A stretch of DNA of 64,000 bases from Lytechinus pictus (Eukaryota). Every line of letters starts with the position of its first letter. The first letter of the stretch is position 1. Where the stretch lies: contig NC_087252.1 of assembly GCF_037042905.1 (NCBI RefSeq), forward strand, positions 15,316,001 to 15,380,000, written 5' to 3'. Positions 11,934 to 25,525 of the stretch are shown here, piece after piece. The notes under the pieces were generated by a model that searched no databases, was not told the origin of the DNA, and saw only the letters and a program-made list of their open reading frames with translations. Position numbers and translations under genes: made by a program.

Positions 11934-14900
11934 TTAAAAGAGCATTTTGTTATATATTCACGTTGAAAACAAGTTTATAATGACATCAATAAACACATTT
12001 AGAATTGATGTTTCATTTTCTTTTAGAAAGGCCAATTGTAAATGCATCTCTTTTTGAGTTTATGACCAGCATTTATTTGATTGGTAATGAGAATAGACTC
12101 GACTGTGTTTAAACTGCGTAACGACAACTGATTTTGGAAAATGGTAAGCATTAACGCACCCTAACAGACATCACTAAGAACCCCTCTCTAACTCGTCTCT
12201 ATAGAAATTGAAATAAGGTTGAAGTATTGAAGCCCTGTTTTCTTTCGATAGAAGGATTGATATTGAATGAAGAAGGATTCATAGTCTGCGATGGACATTT
12301 CAAGGGCACGGCAGCCACCTTGATGGATATGCTTAAATTAAAATGATTTGGTTTGATGATGGAATGGTAACGGAAATACATTTGTTTGGCTGAATAGGTA
12401 ATGAAGGCTGGCTCTGACGTTGATCATTTTTTTGCATTGAAAATCCTTGCTTATTATGATAGATATATATGTATGTAAACAAGATATTTGAAATCTAAAA
12501 CTAAGCCTGTTGAAATCAGTGACTTTAAGAAAATATAATCTTGACAAAATCGAGAGCAGCTTCTTTCGGTAGAAATGCAGCTCAGCATCTTTTCTCACTA
12601 CACTCTCAGATTGTTTTAACCTACCAGAAAGTTGGTTATTAATATGTGAATTGACCAACTGTTGGTTAAAAAAAAAATCTTCATTTTCTTACTCTTTTCT
12701 TCTTTTCTTTCATTTCTACTTTATCCATATTCAATTATCCAATTTCGAATTGTATTTTTGTAATTACATTGTATAATTTTTGTATGTTTTTTATGGCCAA
12801 ATAAATAATAATAATATTAATAATAATTTATTTTTCATGCATTTTTTTAACCAGTCGTTGGTAGGTTTATATTTATACAATGCTTTGCAGTGCAGGTTGT
12901 TGATATTGGCAACACACTGTCGTAATTGTTATAGCCCCATCATTGGTGAGCCTTGGGCATTTTGCTATTAAACTTCAACTGCACTCTTTGTTACGGGAGG
13001 GGGGGGGGTGATTTTGTGTGGTTTCTCATTCGCTGTGTGTTATAAATGGTTAGTTTTGAAATATACCCTTTGAAACAACTATTCATAATACGGAGAATAA
13101 ATTAGCTTATAATTGTTTTCTTTCTTTTATCTGGAATAGAAAGGAACCTTTATTTCAGAACAGGCAACTAGATAATTACTGCCTCGTACGCAATTAATTA
13201 AATCAGTTGTAAGCATTTTGAGCATATGAGAAACAGTTGGTGTAAGTGACCAATAAGAATGTTAAACACAATAATTTGTGTGATTTTTTAAATGGAGTTT
13301 CAAAGCCTATAACACCTTTGTTGTTACTGTAAAATACCCTGAAACAGTTTTGGAACCTTTATTCTATCCCGTTAACAAAATAATAGATGCACCCATTAAT
13401 GTTTTGTTGTTGTAGAAATGACCTCTGTTTCTGTCCCCCCCTCTTCCTGACCTACATTTCACCTGTGACAGTTGGTCTATAGTCATTACAAATCAATTCA
13501 TATTTCACTGAGAAAGTGATTTCAGCAAACTACCAATCTAAACAACTATTTTCATATCTATACAATACATTTGTAACAACAGCCTTGCCCCAGGCCCCTC
13601 CCTACCCCACCGGTGTGAATGTCTACCCCCCTCCTCTGTCAATTATCATCCCATCCCAGGGGAATACCAACATAAGTGTTCCAAAAGGAGATTCCTATGT
13701 ACACCATAGAAAGTGGACCCTTGTGTTTTTTGTTCACAATTTTCTGGCTCGCCGTGGAAGAAAAGAGAATTTTAGGAGAGCACTTTCTCCTTTCCTTAGA
13801 CACCACCTGCGCGGCTGGGCAACGTTCCTTTTCTCCACGGCAACGGCTCGGCGCCAGCTCCTGTGTGCTCATAGCAAATTTTGTCGCAGATTCTTTCTTT
13901 TAACCCACTAACTTTGGGGCTGTGGATTGGTGCGTGTTGTACACACACCGGTTGTATGTTCTTGGTCGAGCTGGTTTGATGATGATAGATGAAAATTGGT
14001 CAATTAGTCTGTGTTAGCATAACCCATATGATAGATTCAAGGAATTAAGTGGAAAATGTCATTTCCTTGCCATCGCCGCTCCTGTATTATGGTACACATT
14101 GTATCATTGTCCTAATTGGACTAAACGTATTAACAAATATTTTCAAATAAGAGGTTTACGAGTCTTTATTGAAAATTCACAAGTTTCTAGAAGTCATGGC
14201 TATATGATTGCAATAATTTCTGTTTGGAGATTAAATGAAAAATAAATAATGCAGGTGATTAAAGTAAATCCCTATATTCTGGGGATGGGGGTGGGGCAGT
14301 ATTGTTTGAACGTGAACGAATGAGAGGGCTTGTATTTCACAAACGAATGTATTTAATGAAAAAAAAAAAAGTGGAAAAAAAAATAATACGAAACCTGCAC
14401 TTTTCAAATTGTCATTTTATCTAAATACACTGATAGATAAGAGAAAAATCTTTTTGCATAACAGTATTCTTATAGTTTGCATGCAGTGTAGATCTATTAT
14501 TTATGATGAAATGGAAAACTGTTGCTTTATCATGTTATTTCTGTGAGACCAGGTCCTCGATATAGACTATTTTGTCTGTACATAATAAATGGGGAGAGCC
14601 TCATTATTTGAACATGGGTAATTCCTAGTATTGGCTGTTTTTTCCCCCTTCTATTTCAATTCAATTCAATTCAATTCAATTTATTGTTTTCATTTTCAAC
14701 AGAAGAACAAAGTAATGTGATCAAAATATTTAAAGGATTACCCTACGGAATTGTTTGTTATGGGAAATTAATTGAATGTTGAATACTTGAATGTTATTTA
14801 ATACATATTTTGTATTCCAGAATTCTGTTACGAATCAACCCCCTATCAGTATACCAAAATCAAAACTATTATAAGAAAATAATTCATATTTCATTTCTCA

Positions 14901-15169
14901 ACAGTTTTGTGGAAGCATACATAGGCATAATTTACAGTTAATTTGTGTCATATAATGAATAAGGTTTTCCTTAATGCAAGAAATGCAAATATCGTGATTA
15001 TTTCTTGATTTTATGCATAAGCAACTTTAAGAATGGCAATGATTTGTAAAAGCTGTATTTGAGTTCCTATAGTCTTTCATCAATAATTAAAATTCTTGAA
15101 ACCTGAAAATCGAGCAGATGGGACTGACACTTGATCACTTCACGTTAGACCCTTTAACACCACTCGACC

Positions 15170-16370
15170 TTGTTCCACCCCTTGACACTCCTTCGGCAGG
15201 GGGTAAATCCCAACCCCTCTCACCTTGCCCCCCTTACATTCCTCAGGCAGGGGTAAATCTCTGCCTCTATTCAAACCTCCACACTCCCTTCCTGTCTGTT
15301 TTCTCTTTATTTCTCTCTTTCTTTTTCCCCTATATCTCGATCCCTCTCGTCCTGCTCCTCTCACCTTAAGGTAAGGGTAAATCCTTACTCTTTTTCAAAC
15401 AACCATCCCCCTCCCCTCTCTATCTCTCTGCCCCCCTGCCGCCTTTCCAAGGCGGGGAGTGGGGGGGGAATCCCATCCAGCACTCTCTCTTGTTTCTCCC
15501 CCTTAATATCCAGGGAGCAGTAAAGCCCTACCATCACGCTCTATCTGGTGTTGTCCCATTATGTTATGTTATGTTATACCGAGGTTGTTTTACCTGACTG
15601 CTAAGAAAGCATATTCCTCAGGAAGGGGTAAATCCTACTTACACTCTCTTGATTTCCCCCAAAATTAAGGGAGGGGTAAACCCTACCACCACTTTCTGGT
15701 GTCACCCCCTTACATCCCTCGTGAAGGGGTAAACTCCTACCACCACTCTCTCTGGTGCCACCCCTTAACACTCCTCAGGGAGGGGTACACCCTACCACCA
15801 CTCTCTATAGTGTCACCCCCTAACACTGCAGGGAGGGGTAAACCCTACCAACACTATGGTGTTGCCTCCTTACATTCCTTGGGGAGGGGTAAAGCCCTAC
15901 CTCCACTCTCTTCTGTCTTGCACCCTTACATTCCCAGGGCAGGTGTAAATCCTACCTTTATTCAAATCACCACCCCTTCACTAGCTGTCTCTCTCCCTGG
16001 TCCCCCACACACTCGTTGGGGGTAAATCTGTACCTTTATTCAAACCACCACCCTCCATCCTTCTCTCCCTCTCTTTCTCTGGCCTTGCCCCCTCACACTC
16101 TCAAGGCAGAGGTAAATCCCTTCCTTTATTCAAACCACCAACCCCCTCTCTCCCTGTCTGGCTTCTCTATCTCCGGTCCTGCTTCTCCTAGGGCAGGGGC
16201 AAATCCCTGCTTTTATTCAAACCACCACCACCATCTCTTCGTCCCCCCCTCTTGCTCTCTGTAGTCCCCCTCACACTCGTCAGGCAGGGGTAAATCCCTA
16301 CCACCACTCTCGCTGGTCTCGCCCCCCTTGCCCTCCAAGGCAGGGGTAAATCCCTACCTTTATTCAGGAA
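15170..16370. repeat. Degenerate C-rich minisatellite (GGCAGGGGTAAATCCCTACC core)
   Basis: The core recurs more than 15 times at irregular spacing of roughly 50-100 bp. Confidence 0.85.
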
Positions 16371-17049
16371 GTCACGAGGACATTGTCCAAGGGAGCACGG
16401 CCAACAGTGTTAATCGGCTTATACATGTCTGGTTACAATCAGCTAGGGACATACAACTTTCCCCATAGTCATTGTCAAAAGCAATTATTATTGGCCTGAT
16501 AAGTTGATACAGGGTGGGCCATAAAAATAACTTGGTGGAAAGTGTTTGATTGTGTATCATATTTCACACTTTGACTTCAAATTACTTGCACACGACATGT
16601 GACAGGCAAATAGGCCTTTGCTTTCAAAGTATTTTTTGTGGGAGTGTATTTTCAGTGCTTTACTATTCCAAGCTTTGTGTATTTCAACTTTGTATAGACG
16701 GCCATTATGATACATTGATTTGATATATTTTGTAATGATTTTATTTATTTTTAAAGACAAAAGTAGACAATTATAATAATATTTCAATATTAACATAACA
16801 ATAAGCAAACATTCCCCCCCCCCAATTTTTTTTTAAAATATACAGCATTATTCTAATTCAAATATAAGTCATACTGGGACTTTTCTCTTTTTCTTGTAAT
16901 CACTGAAACATGTATATGATCCAAAATTTACAATGTATCTAGAAATGCGGTAGACATGACTACATTGCAAAAAAAGAGACTGATCCTTTATTGCACAAAA
17001 TAAATTGGAAAATAACAAAAAGAAAAGTGGATAGGGAAAGAAAAGAGGA

Positions 17050-17205
17050 GGCAGATAGCTCAGTTGCTGGAGTAGTGGTCTTGTTATCCTTGGAACCTGG
17101 GTTCAGATCCTAGCCATTGGGCTAGTTCCTTTGGTAAGTCATTCATCCTCATCACCCGGTCCCTCTGAGAGGACCGTGAGCCTTTGGTCCTCTGGTCACT
17201 GCCCT
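17050..17205 (+). mobile_element. Degenerate tRNA-derived SINE
   Basis: TAGCTCAGTTG A-box, GGTTCAGATCC B-box, then CCTTTGGTAAG core. Confidence 0.55.
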
Positions 17206-17733
17206 TTTCTGAGCTGACAGCCAAAGGGACCATCACTAACCATCTTGTATGAATGAAAAACAGTTGAGACGTTGGTAGATCACAGATTATTCACTTTCTT
17301 GATACACCTTATAGTGGTTATTAATTTAGAAACCTCCATTGTTGAGGGTGAGGATCGGGTTACATGAAAGCGAGAGAACAGAATGATTTTATGAGATCAC
17401 CAAGTTCCAATATTTGTCACGTTATTTGTCATGATTTAAACACAAAAGTACATTTGCATGGACGGCCCTCTCGTGTAATCTTTCAATGTGACTGGGAACT
17501 TGTTAACACAAAGAAATTCAATATTGACTGTGTTTTACTAAAGTTTACTTATAAAAAGAGTTGTGTAGACATCAGATGTCTTCCAAATTGTACTTCTCTT
17601 TAGGGGCTGAATAGTTAAGTGATCTTTAGGAATTATTTTGGAAGATTCTTAAAGCAACAGACATTCAGGGAAAGAGCTTATTTTGTCCGTTGCTCCATGT
17701 CCGTGGAATTCTCTACCAATCCGACTTTCTAAT

Positions 17734-18132
17734 AGAGTACCGAAGTGAGATGTAATCAATTTTCACTTTTTGCCTTTCAGTGCTTTTTATACCATATTTT
17801 TATACCAAAACCCCACAACTCAAATTTGGTGAGAATCTGTCCATGGGGCCCCAAGATATGACATCATGAATATATAATTAGCCCCACTGAAGTCAGTGTA
17901 TTATTAACCTGGTTCTAAAAGTTAGGAACCAGGCCAATTGATCATACATTGACTTCAACATGTTCAATGGGGTTAATTATGTATTCATGAGGTCATAGAC
18001 TATGGCCGCCAAGGACCGATTCTCACCAAATTTTGGTAGTTGGGTTTTTCCATCATGCTCTAACAAAATGTGGTATAAAAAACACTGAAATAAAAAAAAA
18101 AGTTTTTTGTGATGTCATCACTTCGGTACTCT
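17734..18132. mobile_element. Fold-back MITE (unclassified)
   Basis: TIR AGAGTACCGAAGTGA / TCACTTCGGTACTCT; imperfect palindromy extends through most of the element. Confidence 0.75.
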
Positions 18133-18787
18133 TTTGTAGTAACATTGTGACCTTCAAATCTGAACTAGAACTTACTTTATCCATCGTCTTTGTGAATAAT
18201 GTGTGATATAATGTAGGAGTCTGTGCCTTTGAATGGTTTTCTGATAAATGGCAAGTACACAAAATGCTGTTCTTCATCACAATCATCATAAAAAATGGGA
18301 TATTTAAAAAATTATATTTGGGGCAATTCCATAAAATGATCAACCTTTTTGTACATCCGACCCCCATTTTTTTCCAAATCTAAGGCTATTTCACTTCATA
18401 AAATCACCAAGTCATGATCCACTTTGAGAGCATTACAGACTGTCAAAAAAAACCAAGAAGTCAGAGACAGAAAATTTCATGAAGGTCTCACATACATGGA
18501 ATCGGATGTACATATTTTATGGAATTGCTCGTTATATTTGGATAATAGTTTATAGTTGTGATAATATTGATGATAAGGATATGAATTGATGTTAATTGTG
18601 CTCATGAATATGATAGTAGACACAGTTTGCATGAAACAGTAATTATGGAATTCAAGCAATTGACAGAAACTGTTTGTAAGGAATAAACCTAAAGAAATGA
18701 AAATAATTAATGAGATCCTACAACTGACTAGTTTCATATTTGATAGAAATGAGTCATTATGAAATGGATAAATCTTATTATTTTATA

Positions 18788-19103
18788 CACTGTAAAACTG
18801 GGGTGTTAAAACTGACACTATTTGGTATCCCTAGAGCACCAAACCCTGAGGTGTTAAAATTAGCCCCTAGAGATTGAACATAACACCAAAGAGTGGAAAA
18901 GTTACAAACAAGGGTGTTGTAATAACACACATAGGTGTTCAAATAACACCAAAATTCAACACCAGAGTAAACTGACTGGTGTCCACTATGTGTACATGTA
19001 CACCTATCAATTCCATTTATTCTGTGTACTAGCCTAAAGTTAACACCAGAGTGTAATGACCGGTGTGGTGCTATTTACACCAAACAATACATTGTATATG
19101 GTG
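18788..19103. mobile_element. CACTG-terminal (EnSpm/CACTA-like) MITE with AACACC/GGTGTT subterminal repeats
   Basis: TA|CACTGTAAAA...GGTG|TA; same family at about 6104-6215, 23057-23291, 37057-37277 and 49683-49905. Confidence 0.65.
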
Positions 19104-19136
19104 TAGATTGTTGACTTTATGCTGAGAATGATCAGC

Positions 19137-19415
19137 TCAAATTCAAATTCAAATTCAAATTCAAATTTATTTATTTCACTTTCATCAATTGTACATACAT
19201 GAATTGTATACCATATATAAACATAAATATTTGTATACGTTGCAAAAAAAGAAAATAATGATACATATGTTGTGAAAAAAAAAAACACTTAGACAATTTG
19301 GGCAACACATTGTAGGTTTTAAATAAGTATACTATTTTTCAATAGAAATTAAATTAAGATGGAAATGGAGGGACCCACTAAAAAGCAATGCTTGTACAAT
19401 GTGGGCCCCTCAAAA
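19137..19415 (-). mobile_element. CR1/L2-group LINE 3' end
   Basis: (AATTCA)n tail; stem-loop GAGGGACCCAC...AAGCAATGCTTG...GTGGGCCCCTC (19368-19411). Confidence 0.7.
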
Positions 19416-20168
19416 AATAGATAACACAACAAATAACAAAATAGCAAAGTATACATACAGATAATCAAATGAGAAAAAAAAAAAACTGAGAGGGAAATAC
19501 TCACAAAATAAATACAAAGTTATCAAAAATATACAGTTAGATAAAGGACAAAACAACCCGTCCTAAAAATATCCACCCTTCCCCACCCACCCCCCCCCCC
19601 CAGAAAAAAGCTCTAAGTGACTAGTTTCATATCTGATAGAGATAAATCCTTTTGAAATAAGCAAATTCGCAGCCAGCTCATGATGAACTATTCCAAATGA
19701 CCTGTCAAATTTTTAATCACTCTTCCCCCCAAAAAATAAAAAGAATTAGCTTGGTTGACATATGAACAACTGTTAGTTAAATGGTAAATTGACTGGAGAT
19801 TTTTCTTAAACAACAGTTGGAAGGTTTTTGTCAACCAACCCGGTAGCTAGGTTGGTTAAAACATTTCCGAGAGTGTGAGTACTACCACTGAATAAACAGG
19901 TTTTAAGGTTTCCAAACATGGCATAGGCCAGGTGACTAGAATATGTCATTGATCAAATTTTGAAATGGTTTGTTGTTTTGTCCACTTTTAGTCCATTAAC
20001 TATTATTTTAGCTACTGTCATACTCATACCTATGATTATGAACACTTTATTATTCTTTGGCTGTAATTATTTTGTTGTTTTTTAAATGAATGTATATGTA
20101 TTATTATTTAATTCCAAATGTGTATTATTATCATCACCATCATTTCTAGTATTATTACTGTTATTAGT

Positions 20169-20450
20169 GGGTGCGTCATGGTCTAGTGGTTCTGACTCTC
20201 GCCTTTGAAACAGAGGGTCGTGTGTTCGAATCGTAGCCATGGCGTATTTTCCTTCAGCAAGAAATTTATCCACAATGTGCTGCACTCGACCCAGGTGAGG
20301 TGAATGGGTACCCGGCAGGAGTAATTTCTTGCATGCACTGAGCGCCGTTGATGGTAGCTCGAGCTAAAGCCGGGGTAATAATAGCAGCGCTTTGTATCCT
20401 CTGGCAAAAAGCGCTTTATAAATCCAACTATTATTATTATTATTACTATT
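20169..20450 (+). mobile_element. Full-length tRNA-derived SINE (family 1)
   Basis: A-box TGGTCTAGTGG, B-box GTTCGAATC, core GCTGCACTCGACCCAGGTGAGGTGAATGGGTACC, AAGCGCTTTATAAAT and (ATT)n tail. Confidence 0.9.
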
Positions 20451-21164
20451 ATTTATGTTACTATGATTGTTATCTTTATTACTATCATCATCATCATTAA
20501 TTATTATTATTATCATTATTGATAATGAATTCATGCTGTAAACCTTTAAACCCAGTTGTTCATGCCATGATTATAAAAATGGACACGTTCATTTGGGCTA
20601 ACACATCTCGTAGTTCCAAACATCATCAGAAACAACCTTAGAAATTGAAGCCACCTTCTTGCGTGAGTGGCAGTCCCCTTCACAAACCAGTCAATTTTCT
20701 CAGCTGGCATGCATGATGACTATGACTATGCAGACACTGCGTTTCATCCATCTTCAAGTCTTTCCAGCACACGTTTGGGGATTTCGGAATTAGAATTGGT
20801 AAAATCCTTACTTAATTAGCAAGATCTGGAGAAGATGTGTCATTCATGACATGGGCTCTTAATTGTCATACAATGTTGTTGGTTTGGTAGACTGCTAGTG
20901 AAAACACCTGCTGCAAACGAGGGTGGCTCGATCTACAAACAGAATCTCATTCTGGAAGACCGTGGTTTGTAAAGGTAACTCAAGGTCGTCGGTGGGCATT
21001 AGTCATGTGCATTGTGGCATCCATCATTTTAGGCGGTATTTATGGGAATTGTATCTGATTCCATCACAAATAGAGAAATGGTTATTTATTTGGCTTCTTG
21101 GGCTTGGGTTCAGGTTAAAGTGGTTGAATATGGATGCAGGCGGTATGTGAGGAAGGGAGTGATG

Positions 21165-21345
21165 TTGAGAGAGAGAGAGAGAGAGACAGTGACATACATA
21201 TACATGGAATGAGGGATAGACAGATATGGAGAGAGAGAAAAAGAGAGGGAGAGACAGAGAGAGACAGTGACATACATAGACATAGAAAGAGAGAAAGGGA
21301 TGGACAGATATGTAGAGAGGGAGAGAGGGGGGAGAGGGAGAGATC
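21165..21345. repeat. (AG)n-rich tract
   Basis: Seen directly. Confidence 0.85.
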
Positions 21346-21364
21346 CCTTAAACCTTTATTGGCT

Positions 21365-21870
21365 CATGAAGGGTTAATTGCATTTTACTTGCAAAAGGGA
21401 AAACAATGATATGCTGAGGAAGTGTTGAACTACATTTTACTACAATAGTGAAAGGGAAAACAATGATCTGCTAAGGAAGGATTGATTATATTTTACTGCA
21501 ATAAAGAAAGGGAAAACAACTATATGCAAAGGAAGCGTTAAATATATTTTACGATAAAAGTAAAAAAAGGAAAACATAAGCTAAGGAGGTGTTAAGTACA
21601 TTTTACTACAGTATTGAAAGGTACAGCAATTAGATGCCAAGGAAGTATTAAGTACAGTAGTGAAAAGCAAAAAAAAAATAGATGCTAAGGAAGGGTTTAA
21701 GTACATTTTACTACAGTTTTGAAAGAGAAAACAGTGAAATGTTAAGGAAGGGTTAAGTTGAATTTACTACAGTTGTGAAAGAGAAGACAATGAGATCCTA
21801 AGGAAGTGTTAAGTACATTTAACTGTGATGATAATTGATAAAACAATGATATGTAAAGGAAGTATATCTT
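21365..21870. repeat. Minisatellite, about 58-bp unit, about 9 diverged copies
   Basis: Consensus approximately TGCTAAGGAAGTGTTAAGTACATTTTACTACAGTAGTGAAAGGGAAAACAATGA. Confidence 0.85.
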
Positions 21871-22359
21871 CATTACAAAAGTGCAGTGTGTTCTTGTCCC
21901 ATTTAAACAAAGTTTTTCATTTTACCTGTTAAAATGTTATGTAAAGATGAGAACAGTTTAGTGACTTGGCTGAATGTTTTTGATATTGTTAAAGGAGCAG
22001 CAAAGTTAAGTGATAAATCGTTCACTGATAGACTAACAAAAGATAAAATGTAGTAACATGCTGCTATGTCAGGCAGTAATGTCTGTGTTGTTGCTATGTC
22101 AGTTCCTACCTTATTATCTCTAAATGTACATGGGCAAGCAATTCTAGTGCATATTAAGAAAAACAATCACGAAATGGCTTACATATATATAGTTCTTGTA
22201 AATCCTGAACAGCCCAAAATTTGAAGGCTTTGGGAAGAAGAGAAGAGAGTAGTATGCTAATTTTTATTCAAGGGGTGAACGATGTAAGTTTTAAGTGGAC
22301 CATTTCAGGAAAAGGGGGTGCATTTATTTGAAAGTATTCCAATCCTTATGCATCATGGA

Positions 22360-22960
22360 GGATGGGCGAACCGGTCATGTTTAGACAGGACCTTGTTTGG
22401 TTTGTGCAGCGACGGCCAAGAAAAACGTTTACCCTCGCTCACTTGAGAAGCGTCAAACTTGATCCCCCCATGCTTGGCTGTTTGTTCACCTCGCAACATT
22501 CATGAAATTCAAATCAGGGTCTAATGTAAAGCAGTCATCACCCGCCCTCCATCCCTCCTCTCGGTGCTCCCCGGTCCCTACCATGGCCTGGGGGCGGGCT
22601 AGTAACGTTTAGCGGGCTAGGGGGAACATGTTCAGACCGTCACCCAATATGCGCTTCATGACGGTATAATTGGAGGCGCACGCGACGAAAACGTGCGGGA
22701 GAATAGCCGGGACCTAATTGAATTACACAATGAGCTGGTTATACCGACAAAACATTTCATAAATATTCACTGTGTATTTGTCGTTAGGATGCGTTATGTT
22801 AATTTGCATACGTGATGGGTAGGTATGCAGATTAGTGTTCCGCCGGTAGCATGCATTGGTATGTAATTAATTCCAGGCAGGAATGGGCGCGCACGCCGTC
22901 GGGGATTCCAGTTACAATGTGATTGATCAATGTTTTTTTTGGGGAAGCGAATTTCACGGT
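22360..22960. promoter_or_regulatory. Candidate enhancer / conserved non-coding element
   Basis: Unique GC/CpG-rich island; P3 site TAATTGAATTA (22715-22725), octamer ATTTGCAT (22802-22809) and TAATTAATT. Confidence 0.4.
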
Positions 22961-23460
22961 CACTGACCAGGAGACAATATGATACCCCCCTATTGAGGGA
23001 TGTTGACACTATAGTTGCCAAAGAAAAGCTTCAGGGTATATGAAGTATACTGTTAACACAGAAAAAACTATGGTGTTGATTGGTGTATATACATATAGCA
23101 CCACACCAGTCATTTTACTCTGGTGTTAAAATTATTGGTGTTAGTTCAACACCTATGGGTGTTCTTACAATACATGTACCTTTGGTACTATTTGGTGTTA
23201 CGTTCATTTTCTAGGGTGTAATTTTAACACCTAAGGTGTAGTCCCCTAGGGACACCAACTGGTAGCTGTTTTAACACCGTAGTTTTACAGTTCACCTAGT
23301 CATGATATTGGCATGATAGTTGCCAAGAAAAACTTGGGTAACAGTGATGCATATTTCTGTCACTGAAATTTCAGGAAATGATATAAATAAAATGGTATTT
23401 GTTCAATATTGATAGCTTCAATATTTAATCGATGAATATTTTGTGAAATGTAAAACTTAA

Positions 23461-24043
23461 AGGAGAATGAAACTCTTGGAGCAAGTTAGCTTTTGTGAAA
23501 GCAGAAAAATCAAAGAATAAGATCAACAAAACTTTGAGTAAAATAGGACTCGCAATAAAAGAGTTATGAGCATTTGAATGTCGAGATCACTAATGCTATG
23601 GAGATCCTCCCATTGGCAATGCGACCAAGATCTGTGATGTCACAGATGAACAACTCTCCCCTTTTGGACACTGAAAATATACCCCAAAACATCTCTTTTT
23701 GCTCATTCTAATCATATGACAAACGATTCATCAATGATATAATGTTGTGAAACCTCTGTACTTGTCATCTCATAAAGAGAACACCTCACCTTGTGATAGA
23801 CTCTATAAAAGTGAGAATATAAGTGAAATAAGTACTAAATTAATGAGGGAGTTGTACGTGTGTGATATCACAGATCTTGGTCGCATTGCCGATGGGAGGA
23901 TCTACATGGCACTAGTGATCTCAATATTCAAATGCTCATAACTTTCTTATTATTCATTCAATCTCCCTCAAACTTTCAACAATATGTTTCTTTGATTTTC
24001 TCTTTTATATGGATTCAGCTGGTTTCAAGGGTTTCATTCTCCT
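23461..24043. mobile_element. Kolobok-like MITE (583 bp)
   Basis: TTAA|AGGAGAATGAAAC...GTTTCATTCTCCT|TTAA; long imperfect inverted arms of about 200 bp. Confidence 0.85.
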
Positions 24044-24777
24044 TTAAGATATTTCAATTCTCTTTAGATGAAAGTAACAAATAATGCTAATTTCAGCACT
24101 TAATTAGAAACAATGTGCATTAAGCATTTTATAAATATTGCATATTATTATTTATTATTAATCATGTAATTAATTTGACCTTATGTTAAGAGATTCAATA
24201 ATTCATAATTTTATTATTATAAACGATAAAGTTTGTGTTATAACTTATATCTTAATACAAAATAATTATTTTTATACATCAATATACTGCAATTGCTTTC
24301 TTGAATATTTTTGAAATCACATTTTTCGGGCAAACCAAAATGTTGCTCACACAAGCAAACTAAAATTCCAATGTAGAATGAATAGAACCTAATATACGAC
24401 ATAAATTGTGGAATCCTTTCTTCACCTAGTGAATATGTATGTTGATGTAAAATCTGTAATTGATGGAAACCTGTAATTGTAGGAAACCTCAAGATGACCA
24501 CCACAGCGGTCAGTCGTCCAGACCGATTATGCACCAATACCCTTGGGGCTCGAAACAGACCCCCTTCTTTAAGAAAAATCGATCTCATCGTCATAATGGA
24601 AACTGCGTTTCTCACTTCTATATGTGTTCTTCACTTCTACCAACAAAACACTGCATAATAGAAGTATTCAGACCGACTAGATGTTCGAAAATAACCAGGT
24701 AATCTCTGATCAGGAAATTGACTCTGATCTACTCTGATCAGAGTCAATTTTTTTTAGTCAGTGTTTTTGCCAATATG

Positions 24778-24971
24778 CAGTGGCAGCGCATCAATAGGGG
24801 AAGAGGGGGGGTGGGTGGAATTTGCCCCCCCCCCCCCAGTCAGGAGTTGCCCCCAGAAATGTTGAAAACTGAACAAAAAATGTGTAATAAATGCCAACTC
24901 TGCCCCACCCCAAAATTTTCTTCTGCCCTCTCTTGTCCCCCTATATAAAAAATATCCTGGTGCCACCACTG
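24778..24971. mobile_element. hAT-like MITE
   Basis: CAGTGGCAGC...GCCACCACTG termini; 8-bp TSD CCAATATG/CTAATATG (7 of 8 match). Confidence 0.75.
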
Positions 24972-25525
24972 CTAATATGAAAGCAAAATACTTATATTCT
25001 ATAAGAAAAATACCTGCAACATGGTAGACTTTCAGACGGGTGTTCCCAAGGGCATGGGTATTTTTGTAGTGCGAAAAATCAGGAAAATTTGTATCCCTTC
25101 CATCACTGAGATATGAATCAGCGAGTACGTTGGGAGAGTACTTAGGGCAGCTGAATCGCACACCTTGTCTGCTACTAGTACTTGGACCATACTACGCGTG
25201 CTCATAACTTTGAGAACTAACCCTCAATTCTCCAGATCATTGGGGGTATGAATGTGGGAAATAATTATCGGGTGTTCTTGAGCCCTGAAGAATCTCTCAT
25301 AAAGTGATGGGTATTCTGGTGATCGAGTCGGTGTGAATACTCCTACTGATGTGCTTTCATATTTCAACTGTTTTTTTCAGTCTGATTTGAATATGGATGT
25401 GTACCGATGAATCAGCTTCCGTATCACGTTCCACAGTGGCAGTCGCTATAAAGCTCCAAAGCAATTTATGTGTTGGACCAATATCTTAGGATGTATAACC
25501 CTAAAACTCATGAGTATTTTTGTTG

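Noticed and set aside
13516..13911. 131-aa ORF in a GC-richer unique segment
   Set aside because: Non-ATG start, no recognisable domain and overlapping ORFs in three frames; the region could be regulatory but lacks specific evidence.
16560..16720. Possible L1/Tx1 C-terminal remnants on the minus strand (also 24300-24480, 58400-58520)
   Set aside because: Only vague resemblance and no diagnostic motif; would need BLASTX.
20169..20245. tRNA genes at SINE heads (also 31829, 32903, 40436, 56170)
   Set aside because: They continue into SINE bodies, with imperfect stems and no terminator.
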